Origin: Desulfobacteraceae bacterium
Lineage (GTDB): Bacteria; Desulfobacterota; Desulfobacteria; Desulfobacterales; SKZT01
Assembly: GCA_007127235.1 (NCBI GenBank)
Contig: SKZT01000192.1
Location: 1-52,854 of the forward strand
Direction: 5' to 3'
Length of the DNA: 52,854 nt
In this document: one piece after another, positions 14,800-22,625 of the stretch
Position numbering within the stretch: position 1 is the first letter of the stretch
Layout: every line of letters begins with the position of its first letter
Position numbers and translations under genes: made by a program
The notes under the pieces: model-generated
Seen by the model: only the letters and a program-made list of their open reading frames with translations
Database searches by the model: none
Told to the model about the DNA's origin: nothing

Positions 14800-16962
14800 C
14801 TAATATTTCAACCTGGCATACATGGTCTTTTTTGAGGCCTGACGGGCTTCTTTCATGGTATGGATACCCTGTTGGGCCAACAGAGGGATAAATTTCAAAA
14901 AAACTTCCGCCGTAGCAAGCGTGTCACCCAAAGCGGTGTGTCTTCCCACTATACTGATACCCAGCCGGTTAGCAATCGATTCCAGGCTTTGATCTTCCTG
15001 GGCAGGGTTTACCACGGCTGCCAGCAGCAGCGTATCGAGGACGGGGTTTATAAATTTGATGTTGGTTTGTTTTTCCTTCAACTCCAGCATTCGCATATCA
15101 AAGGCGGCATTATGGGCTACAAGTACCGTATCTTCGGCAAACATGTGGAACAAAGGAAGAACCTGGTCGATGGTCGGCTGTCCTTCAAGCATTTCCGGTT
15201 GTATCCCGTGAATTTTAATAGATTCTATAGGTACATGACGTTTGGGATCAATGAGTTGATCAAAAATTTCATCATGAAGAATGCGCCCATTGACGATCCG
15301 AACAGCGCCGATAGCAATAATTTCGTCGTTTCCTCTCGTATCCAGACCGGTGGTTTCCGTATCGAAAACAGTATATGTAAGAGACAGCAGCGAAAGGTCA
15401 TCCAGTTCCGGATTCTGTCCCGGTTGATTGAACAGGTCAAAATCGTAGAACTCGGGACGACTATCCGGAACGATGGTCATGGTACGGATATTATCGGACT
15501 CTACCGCTTCGACGGCAGGGAGACAAAAGCGCAGATAGGACTGATTTTTCACGTCCCGGCAGGAATAAGACCAGATTTCCGCCTCATGGTGCCCGACAAC
15601 TTCCTTGAGCGTGAGAGGAATACCTTCATCTTCGATCATCAACGGCTGTTCATCCCATTTTTTAAGTGTTTCCATCTTGATAGAGCCGCCTTCCCATAAA
15701 AGATCAATATTGACGAATCTTCCTTTCCTGCTCAAAGTACAAGCAAAATTTTTCCCGTCAAACTGTTTTTTAATTTGATTCAGAATATAAAGGATAGAGG
15801 TAATAATGGAGTAGCTGTCCACCTTAACCCATTCATCAGAACCGTTGGTTTCCGTTGACAGTTGAATTCCAAGTGCCTTATCGGCTCTTTTTGCAATGGT
15901 TTCCACCAGATCCTCAGCAGGCATTTTAACGAGAGGCCACTCGGTTTTAACATGGCTCGAATAATCGATGGCGGCTTTGTCCAAAAGATAGCCCAGTGCG
16001 AGAGCTTCTTTATGGATAATTTCGTTGAATTTTTTCTGCTGCTCTTCATCCATGTGAGGATATTCCAGGATGGCTTCGATTGCAGCCCGGATACTGGCCA
16101 CAGAAGCCCTGATACCCCTGGAAAGGTTTTTCAGTAAAAAATCAACCCGGCTGTCCACCTGAATTTGCTGAGTAATATCATAAAAAATGGTGATAAAACC
16201 GGTCAGTTGCCGCTGCTGATTTAAAATCGGGACCGTTTCCACCCTGAGCAGGTTGCCTTCTTTACCTACAATGACAAAGTAAGCGGCGATGTTGAGTTCT
16301 TCACGCCTCAATTTTTCGGCAATTTCATCGAGGGCGTGAACAATCACGTTTTTATCAATGACTCCAAATATCGAGCGCCCAAGCCCGATAAACCTCCCGG
16401 TTTTATTCAATGGGGAATCATTTTCCGTCTGACCTTCCAGAAACTCCCTTGCACGCTTATTATAAAAAAGTATTCGACCTTCCGCATTGCATATGAGAAT
16501 CCCCTCGGGAAGTTCCGCCATAAAAGCCGCCAGCAGGTTTTTTTCCTCTTCGAGATCTGCTTTGGCGATCTGGATTTTTTGTTCCACGTTTGCCCGCAAA
16601 TCTTCCTGCCGGTCTGCTCCCCGGTTAATCGCTTTGGCCAGACGTCCGATCTCTTTGCTTCCTTCCACTTTGATTCGGTGGGAAGGATTCACGGAATTGA
16701 TTATGGTAACTTCTTCAATAAGCTTATTGATGGGAATGATGTAGTTGTTGAAAATGGCGTCGAGAATAAACCCGAAACCGGCGAGAATAACAAAAACAAC
16801 ACCGAAAATATATATGAAACGCTCCCTGGCTATTCGCAGAAGCATTTCGGCTTCAGAAGGCGAAAGCTGCTGCCATAAAAAGAACCCGAGGCTTACCACC
16901 AAAGCAAGTGCGATGGTGAAAGAGACTGCAACGAACCACCAGTATTTGTTGTTGGGATTCAC
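14800..16962 (-). CDS. Membrane sensor (2 TM-HAMP-PAS-degenerate histidine-kinase-like module) fused to a C-terminal DEDDh (DnaQ/epsilon-like) 3'-5' exonuclease
   Basis: 720 aa. Exo motifs: Exo I FDTETTGLD, Exo II LVAHNAAFDMRML, Exo III HTALGDTLATAEVF. Upstream is a PAS-like segment (LPEGILICNAEGRILFYNKRAREFL). A DHp-like helix reads LSRGIRASVASIRAAIE and has no phospho-acceptor His. The ATPase-like fold lacks clear N/G boxes. GTG start with a GGGAG Shine-Dalgarno. Confidence 0.8.
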   Translation of the reverse strand: MNPNNKYWWFVAVSFTIALALVVSLGFFLWQQLSPSEAEMLLRIARERFIYIFGVVFVILAGFGFILDAIFNNYIIPINKLIEEVTIINSVNPSHRIKVEGSKEIGRLAKAINRGADRQEDLRANVEQKIQIAKADLEEEKNLLAAFMAELPEGILICNAEGRILFYNKRAREFLEGQTENDSPLNKTGRFIGLGRSIFGVIDKNVIVHALDEIAEKLRREELNIAAYFVIVGKEGNLLRVETVPILNQQRQLTGFITIFYDITQQIQVDSRVDFLLKNLSRGIRASVASIRAAIEAILEYPHMDEEQQKKFNEIIHKEALALGYLLDKAAIDYSSHVKTEWPLVKMPAEDLVETIAKRADKALGIQLSTETNGSDEWVKVDSYSIITSILYILNQIKKQFDGKNFACTLSRKGRFVNIDLLWEGGSIKMETLKKWDEQPLMIEDEGIPLTLKEVVGHHEAEIWSYSCRDVKNQSYLRFCLPAVEAVESDNIRTMTIVPDSRPEFYDFDLFNQPGQNPELDDLSLLSLTYTVFDTETTGLDTRGNDEIIAIGAVRIVNGRILHDEIFDQLIDPKRHVPIESIKIHGIQPEMLEGQPTIDQVLPLFHMFAEDTVLVAHNAAFDMRMLELKEKQTNIKFINPVLDTLLLAAVVNPAQEDQSLESIANRLGISIVGRHTALGDTLATAEVFLKFIPLLAQQGIHTMKEARQASKKTMYARLKY

Positions 16963-17090
16963 TATCTCCCTTTTCGATACTTACTTGGCTGTATGATGAA
17001 CTGGTTTGCGATATAGTACCTGAACCAAAAGCCCTTTATTTCCTCTCCCGGCGGGGGAGTGTCAGGGTGCGGGGTAATAATATCAGAACC

Positions 17091-17324
17091 TCATTGCAGC
17101 GAACTCCAAGGAATAACGATCATTTCAATAAAGACATATGCTAAAAAACTAATCGCACCTAATGCTGCCAAATAAATTAGGAAAGTATTCCATTTGTGCG
17201 TATTTTTTTCATTCTCATAATAATAAACCGGATTTGCGCACTTTTCACACCAGTATCTTCTTCGGTCAATGGTGAAAGTATGTCCGCAATCACACTGAAT
17301 TTCCTTGGGAGGCAGTCTTTCCAT
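17091..17324 (-). CDS. Small zinc-ribbon protein with a C-terminal TM helix (hypothetical)
   Basis: 77 aa with a CxC...CxxC motif (CDCGHTF...CEKC) followed by a hydrophobic helix (FLIYLAALGAISFLAYVFI). Confidence 0.5.
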   Translation of the reverse strand: MERLPPKEIQCDCGHTFTIDRRRYWCEKCANPVYYYENEKNTHKWNTFLIYLAALGAISFLAYVFIEMIVIPWSSLQ

Positions 17325-17411
17325 GGTAATGATTCCTTTGCATATTATTTATAACAAAATTATTTCATACGTAAATTTTCAGCTATTTTAACCAAAAAGT
17401 CAAGATTTGCA

Positions 17412-17450
17412 ATAAAAAAGGCCGAAAGATAATTTCATATCTTCCGGCCT
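17412..17450 (-). terminator. Rho-independent terminator of the acs-SSS-minipeptide transcription unit
   Basis: The minus strand reads AAGGCCGGAAGAT-ATGAAATT-ATCTTTCGGCCTTTTTTATT. This is an 11-bp stem with one G-U/mismatch, followed by a U6 tract, about 20 nt after the 28-aa ORF stop. Confidence 0.7.
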
Positions 17451-17469
17451 TAACTTAACAGGGTTCAGC

Positions 17470-17556
17470 TTAACCGAAAAGACCCAAACCAAAAGAGGCG
17501 GTCCACAAAACAGCGAATGCAATCACGCCGATAAGATAAATATCTTCTTTATCCAT
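17470..17556 (-). CDS. Unannotated 28-aa single-TM peptide MDKEDIYLIGVIAFAVLWTASFGLGLFG
   Basis: Below the ORF-track length cutoff. ATG preceded by AGGAGG at 7-nt spacing (CCAGGAGGTAGCCAATATG). It starts 30 nt after the SSS transporter stop and is followed by the terminator. Confidence 0.5.
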   Translation of the reverse strand: MDKEDIYLIGVIAFAVLWTASFGLGLFG

Positions 17557-17586
17557 ATTGGCTACCTCCTGGTAAAGATAGTTCGA

Positions 17587-19392
17587 TTAAGCTTCTTTTA
17601 TAACGATCATGGTTTCTTTTTCAGCCCTTTCGATCTGTACAGGACTTGTGGTGGACATTTCAGATTTGAAACTCCATCCCCACATCACGACAATACCAAT
17701 GATCCACCAGAAAATCTGCCATGACCACACCGGTGTGAACCCTCCGAATGTAAACCAGCTGTTGGCCATAATGCAGAGAGGTCCGATAGCAATAACATAC
17801 CAGCCGATGACGACATATTTCCAGACATTTCGCCATGCTTGGCCTGACTCGCTTGGTGCATCAATGTCGTCGAGGAAATTGCGCACCTCCTGCTGGCGCT
17901 TGATGGTTTCTTCGTCATCTTTTATTCCAAGCCCCCTGCAGAGGTAAGCCACAATGAAGGCAACGAACGTACCCCAGAAAGCACAGTGCATTGACAGCGG
18001 GTTGGGCCAGACACGATAGGTAAGGGTTACGGCAATCAGACCGGCCAGCGTGCCCAGAACAGCACCCATGGACGGGAATCTGAATCCCCAGAGAACTCCA
18101 GCCTGGAATAGGTACATCACAAATCCAAAAGCTGTGGCCAGGGCTCCAAGGATAACGAGAGCCGCCTGTGAAGTCAGACCAACGGCCAAAGCAGCTATTG
18201 TCAGTACGGTGGCAAGAATACGGTTCACCCAAATCTGCTCGGCATGGGTGGCTTCCTGATTTTTGATGTATCTCCAATAGACGTCACGGAGCAGGATAGA
18301 TCCGCCGGTTCCCAGATAAGGTGCCGCAGTTGAGTGAATAGCGGCAATAGCACCTACAAAAACTATTCCCAGCATAAACGGCGGCAGGTACAGTTTCATA
18401 AAGATGGGTACGACAGTTCTGTCCGTAAGCCCGCCGACTTCTGCTGCAGCAGACATAAATGCCGGATCATTTGCCACTTCCAATACCTTGGCGCCCATGC
18501 CCTGGAATGCGGAAAAGAAGAACAGAGCAAAACCAACCACAAAACATGACATGAACGTCTGCTGCCAGGCAAGGGGTGCCGGGGATTTAATGCCGAAGTT
18601 CCACATGGTAAAAGCCGGAGATGATTGAATACCCATGAGTGCAAACATATAGGTAAGAATCATTACCGCGGTCCATCCACCACCCAGACCCCAGTTGATT
18701 ACCATTGGTACTTCCAGATATCTGGTCTCGAGCAAAGCAACATTTGCGGAAAATGCCCCCCAACCTTCGAAAATCGGATGGGTAAGAACATAAATACCAA
18801 TAATGATAATACCGCCTACCAGCAAGATGAACTGGATAACGCCAACCCATGTACTTGCCTTGAGACCTCCGGTGCACACATAGAACCACACGATAAATGA
18901 AAGGAAAAGCACTCCAAAAGTAAATGGCACGCCGGCGATAACCTCGAACAACGCACCGGCAGCCATCAACTGGATTGCCGAGTAGAAAATGGAATACAAA
19001 ACAGCAGTGAAGACTGTCAACCAGCGGGTTGCTTCCGAGTTGTAATAATAGGCGTACATGTCACCGGGGGTAACAAACCCGTAACGTTTGCCCATCAACC
19101 AGTTTCTTTTAGCAAATAAAGCGCCGGTCATGGGAATGCAAAATACGTAAAAGGATGCAAATGCATAAGCCAGACCGTCGCGCCAGATCAATCCTGGATG
19201 CCCGATAAAGGTCCATCCGGAAAAAGATGCGGCTGTGGCCGCCATTAAAAACGCGATGAAAGGAATCGACCGCCCAGCGATAGAGTAGCCCGAGGAGGTC
19301 TTTTCAGTAAAATATCCTTTCAAGCCCCAGTAAAAGCAATAAATAATATAAATCGCCAAAAAAATATAAACCCAAGTGACTCCACCCAACAT
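17587..19392 (-). CDS. Sodium:solute symporter family transporter (probable monocarboxylate/acetate uptake by context)
   Basis: 601 aa, polytopic, with an SSS-like N-terminal half (YSIAGRSIP...SFSGWTFIGHPG). AGGAGG Shine-Dalgarno 7 nt upstream of the ATG. It sits immediately downstream of acs. It diverges from E. coli ActP, and I saw no DUF485/yjcH partner. Confidence 0.8.
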   Translation of the reverse strand: MLGGVTWVYIFLAIYIIYCFYWGLKGYFTEKTSSGYSIAGRSIPFIAFLMAATAASFSGWTFIGHPGLIWRDGLAYAFASFYVFCIPMTGALFAKRNWLMGKRYGFVTPGDMYAYYYNSEATRWLTVFTAVLYSIFYSAIQLMAAGALFEVIAGVPFTFGVLFLSFIVWFYVCTGGLKASTWVGVIQFILLVGGIIIIGIYVLTHPIFEGWGAFSANVALLETRYLEVPMVINWGLGGGWTAVMILTYMFALMGIQSSPAFTMWNFGIKSPAPLAWQQTFMSCFVVGFALFFFSAFQGMGAKVLEVANDPAFMSAAAEVGGLTDRTVVPIFMKLYLPPFMLGIVFVGAIAAIHSTAAPYLGTGGSILLRDVYWRYIKNQEATHAEQIWVNRILATVLTIAALAVGLTSQAALVILGALATAFGFVMYLFQAGVLWGFRFPSMGAVLGTLAGLIAVTLTYRVWPNPLSMHCAFWGTFVAFIVAYLCRGLGIKDDEETIKRQQEVRNFLDDIDAPSESGQAWRNVWKYVVIGWYVIAIGPLCIMANSWFTFGGFTPVWSWQIFWWIIGIVVMWGWSFKSEMSTTSPVQIERAEKETMIVIKEA

Positions 19393-19544
19393 TTTTAATT
19401 CCTCCTATGCCTTATGTCAATTCAGTTGACCGGCTAACCGGATATGGATAACTCTATTAGCTGCAAAGCCTGCGTTTTTTTTGTATTCTCACCTCCTTTC
19501 CGATTTCCGTTAATGTTAATGTTTAAGATAGAGGTTATTACAGG

Positions 19545-21578
19545 TTAATTCTCTACCATTTTCTTGATGTCTTCCACCACTTCCGGGTTGGCAAGTGTCA
19601 TGGTATCGCCCACGTCGCTTTTATTGGAAATGGCGGCAAGCACGCGCCGCATGATTTTTCCTGAGCGTGTCTTGGGCATGTCGGGGACAATCCAGACTTT
19701 ACGTGCCTTGGCAATAGGACCGATTTCACGAACCAGTGCAGCGTTTACCTTTTGGGCGATTTCTTCGCTGGGTTCGTATCCGGGTTTTAGTGCCACATAA
19801 ATATCCGGCTCAACACCCTTGATATCGTGCCTGATCGGTACAACAGCCGCTTCGGCTACTTCTTCAACTACAAGGGCCGCAGATTCAAGTTCTTTTGTTC
19901 CCAGGCGATGACCGGAAACATTGATAACATCATCAATACGCCCCAGAATACGAACATAGCCGTCTTCGGCCATCATGGCCGCATCGCCTGTCAAGTAGGG
20001 CCAGTCTCTCCAGTCCTTGCTGCTGGAATCTTTACAGTATTTTTCAAAGTACTGGCGTACAAAACGGTCCCGGTCTCCCCAGATGGTCTGAAACATTCCC
20101 GGCCAAGGATTCCGGATACAGAGATTTCCCGCGATTCCTTTGCCAGGGGGCACTTCATTGCCCTTGTCATCGTAAATGATACAATGAATGCCGGGCATAC
20201 CGGGGCCTGCACTGCCGGGTTTCATGGGCTTGATGGCCGGGATGGTGCTGCACAGAAATCCACCGGTTTCTGTCTGCCACCACGTATCCACAATAACGGC
20301 TTTTCCCTTTCCCACCACTTCATAGTACCATTTCCAAACTTCGGGTTCGATGGGCTCTCCAACGGTGGTCATATGTTTGAATTCATAGTTATATTTGGCC
20401 GGTTCCTCCGGCCCGGTTTTTCTAAACGCCCGAATGGCTGTGGGTGCTGTGTGGAAAATGTTGACCCCCAGGTCCTGGGCGATCCGCCAGCACCTTCCGG
20501 CATCAGGATAGGTGGGGATACCTTCATAAATGACCGTCGATGCACAAATGGATAGCGGGCCATAGACGATATAGGAATGGCCGGTAATCCATCCGATATC
20601 CGCCATGCACCAGTAAACGTCTTCCGGATGAATATCTTGAACATACTTTGATGTTGCGGTGACACAGGCCAGGTACCCGCCGGTGTCGTGCTGGCATCCC
20701 TTGGGTTTTCCGGTGGTACCACTGGTGTACATGAGAAACAACGGTGCTTCGGCCGGCATTTTGACAGGCTCTACCCGTGCGCCATAATAATCTTTTATGA
20801 CTTCGTTGACAAAGAAGTCTCTTCCTTCAACCATGGGGGTCGATGCAGAATATTTGCCGGGATAACGCTGCCATATCAAAACTTTATCGACCTTTTGTCC
20901 GTGTTTTTCTGCAATCCCTACAGCTTCGTCTGCCTTTTGCTTGTGATTGAGAAGCTTGCCGCCCCGATAATAAGCATCCATGGTAATGAGAACGCTGCTG
21001 CCGGAGTCTGTGATTCTGTCTCCACAGGCACTTCCGCTAAACCCTCCAAATACCTGGGAGTGAATGATCCCCAGTCGGGCACAGGCCAGCATGGTGACGG
21101 GAAGATCAGGCAGCATGGGAAGATGAAGTGTGACACGATCGCCGGTTTTTAGTCCGCAAAAATCAAGAAGCACAGCCGCCATCTCGTTGACCCGCACCCA
21201 AAGCTCCCGGTAGGTCACATGCTCGATTTTTTCTTCCTCAAGTTCAGGGACAAAATGGATGGCTGTTTTATTGCTGTTTCCGGCCAGGTGACGGTCAATG
21301 CAGTTGTAGCTGACATTGAGCAATCCCCCCTTGAACCACTTGTAGCACGGAGCATCACTGGTATCCAAAATTTCATCCCAATACTTATACCAGTCCAAAA
21401 GATCCGCATACTCTTTGAAACAGTCCGGGAAATTGTCCATGCTGAAACGATCATAAATGCTTTCATCCGTCATATTCGCCTGTGCGATAAACTTGACGCT
21501 GGGCATATAATAGCCTTCTTCCCCCCAATGAACAGCTATTTGAGCCTCGGATGTTTCAGTATATTCTTTTTCCGCCAT
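19545..21578 (-). CDS. acs: Acetyl-CoA synthetase (AMP-forming)
   Basis: Motifs YTSGTTGKPKG, DTWWQTETGG, and the C-terminal PKTRSGKIMRR containing the conserved regulatory Lys. ATG 21578 (MAEKEY...) has a GGGAG Shine-Dalgarno. The track start 21593 is a TTG. Confidence 0.9.
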   Translation of the reverse strand: MAEKEYTETSEAQIAVHWGEEGYYMPSVKFIAQANMTDESIYDRFSMDNFPDCFKEYADLLDWYKYWDEILDTSDAPCYKWFKGGLLNVSYNCIDRHLAGNSNKTAIHFVPELEEEKIEHVTYRELWVRVNEMAAVLLDFCGLKTGDRVTLHLPMLPDLPVTMLACARLGIIHSQVFGGFSGSACGDRITDSGSSVLITMDAYYRGGKLLNHKQKADEAVGIAEKHGQKVDKVLIWQRYPGKYSASTPMVEGRDFFVNEVIKDYYGARVEPVKMPAEAPLFLMYTSGTTGKPKGCQHDTGGYLACVTATSKYVQDIHPEDVYWCMADIGWITGHSYIVYGPLSICASTVIYEGIPTYPDAGRCWRIAQDLGVNIFHTAPTAIRAFRKTGPEEPAKYNYEFKHMTTVGEPIEPEVWKWYYEVVGKGKAVIVDTWWQTETGGFLCSTIPAIKPMKPGSAGPGMPGIHCIIYDDKGNEVPPGKGIAGNLCIRNPWPGMFQTIWGDRDRFVRQYFEKYCKDSSSKDWRDWPYLTGDAAMMAEDGYVRILGRIDDVINVSGHRLGTKELESAALVVEEVAEAAVVPIRHDIKGVEPDIYVALKPGYEPSEEIAQKVNAALVREIGPIAKARKVWIVPDMPKTRSGKIMRRVLAAISNKSDVGDTMTLANPEVVEDIKKMVEN

Positions 21579-21722
21579 CGATTTCTCCCTCAACCAATCA
21601 TGTTTGCCCCTAAAAGAGAAAAAAACATATCATTTTTAAAAAACTAAATATTTGTTTGAAATCCGATTGCCTTCCTGACCCAAAATCCCCCCTTTCCATA
21701 AATAGTACGGAAACTTACAGAC

Positions 21723-22364
21723 TCACCCCCTTTCATTCTTCTTAATCCCTTCGGCAAAAATATCGAAAGCAATTTCAAGGGTTTCTTTTAATGAGTCGCT
21801 GCCCTCATTCAATATTCTCTTGCTTTCCTCCCATAAAACAATTCCTGAAAACATGGCCCATATGATATTTGAAAAAGTCAACGGTTTCTTTTCGATAAAG
21901 GTACCCCTGCTTATTCCTTCTTCAAATATCTTTGCCATGGTATTTAAAGAATTTCGGGAAAGTTCCCGGATTTCAGACAGAAGCTCAGGTGTTAAATTTT
22001 TCAAGGCTTCACTCGATTGCAAATGAAACATGTTAACGAGAATCAGAGGATCAAATTCATAAACGTCATACATTGCCTCCTTCAAAGATTCGATCATTTG
22101 CTCGGGGGTCTGATCAGGCTCGGCATTCACATGTTCCAAACGAATCAATAAATACTGAAGTATCCGAAGCGAAAGGGATGCATAAAGTTCATCCTTGTTT
22201 TTGAAATACAGATAGAGCGTTCCGGGACTAAGTTCGGCTTCCTTGGCGATGTCTTCCATGGTCGCTTTGGTAAACCCCTTGACGGAAAACACTCTCTTGG
22301 CCGCAACCATGATCTGCTGCCGCCGCCGTTCTCGTTCTCTTTCTTTGCGTTCCTGTATTCCCAT
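21723..22364 (-). CDS. TetR/AcrR family transcriptional regulator
   Basis: 213 aa with an N-terminal TetR HTH (AAKRVFSVKGFTKATMEDIAKEAELSPGTLYLYFKNKDELY). It lies directly upstream of acs on the same strand. Confidence 0.85.
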   Translation of the reverse strand: MGIQERKERERERRRQQIMVAAKRVFSVKGFTKATMEDIAKEAELSPGTLYLYFKNKDELYASLSLRILQYLLIRLEHVNAEPDQTPEQMIESLKEAMYDVYEFDPLILVNMFHLQSSEALKNLTPELLSEIRELSRNSLNTMAKIFEEGISRGTFIEKKPLTFSNIIWAMFSGIVLWEESKRILNEGSDSLKETLEIAFDIFAEGIKKNERG

Positions 22365-22398
22365 AATTTTCTGAATCCCATTTAGTTCTTAATTTGCA

Positions 22399-22426
22399 CT
22401 TTTAATAAATATGAACCGTTTGTCAA
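22399..22426 (-). promoter_or_regulatory. Candidate sigma70-type promoter for the TetR gene (-35 TTGACA, 16-nt spacer, -10 TAAAAG)
   Basis: The minus strand reads TTGACAAACGGTTCATATTTATTAAAAG, about 35 nt upstream of the TetR ATG. This is pattern matching only. Confidence 0.25.
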
Positions 22427-22502
22427 GTAAAATTATATTTATTTTAAAAAAAAATTCATTTTCCCATGGTCGGTTGTATGGCAGGGTATTTAAATAGGCA
22501 AA

Positions 22503-22613
22503 GGAGTGCAAAAGCTGTGCTTTTGCGGTCGGACCGTGAACGCTGTGCTTTGGCAATCGGAGTGCGAACGCTGTGCTTTCGCAAAAAATGCAAAAGCACA
22601 GCTTTTGCACTCC
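22503..22613. repeat. Cluster of four hairpin repeat units: three direct at 28-nt spacing (22503, 22531 degenerate, 22559) plus one inverted (22590-22613)
   Basis: GGAGTGCAAAAGCTGTGCTTTTGC / GGACCGTGAACGCTGTGCTTTGGC / GGAGTGCGAACGCTGTGCTTTCGC, then GCAAAAGCACAGCTTTTGCACTCC. The outer units are perfect inverted copies. On the minus strand the last unit is followed by ATTTTTT, so it can serve as the terminator of the purC/ParB-like transcript. Confidence 0.8.
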
Positions 22614-22625
22614 GATTGAGGTTGC

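Noticed and set aside
14860-15699. 279-aa plus-strand ORF antisense to the sensor-exonuclease gene. Similar long antisense ORFs occur at 19827-20555, 4041-4565, 35287-35820 and 36079-36609.
   Set aside because: They lie entirely inside strongly supported genes on the other strand. Their composition is low-complexity or biased, I recognised no motifs, and there is no ribosome-binding context. They are typical shadow ORFs.
19490-19500. Strong orphan Shine-Dalgarno-like AAGGAGGTG in the acs-transporter spacer (minus strand).
   Set aside because: No plausible start codon at 5-10 nt leads into an ORF longer than about 10 codons. It may be a remnant or a structural element, but I cannot support a gene.
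22551-22566. Sigma-54-like GG-N10-GC element (TGGCAATCGGAGTGCG).
   Set aside because: It lies inside a repeat unit and faces the 3' end of a convergent gene. The -12 region is GTGC rather than TTGC. It is probably a chance match.
22503-22582. Possible mini-CRISPR array: three similar 24-nt units at 28-nt period.
   Set aside because: Only 4 nt separate the units, so there are no spacers. The units are degenerate, the fourth is inverted, and no cas genes are present. A REP-like element explains it better.
22389-22610. 73-aa minus-strand ORF in the TetR/ParB-like spacer.
   Set aside because: It is a read-through of the hairpin repeat cluster and an AT-rich spacer, with no start context.
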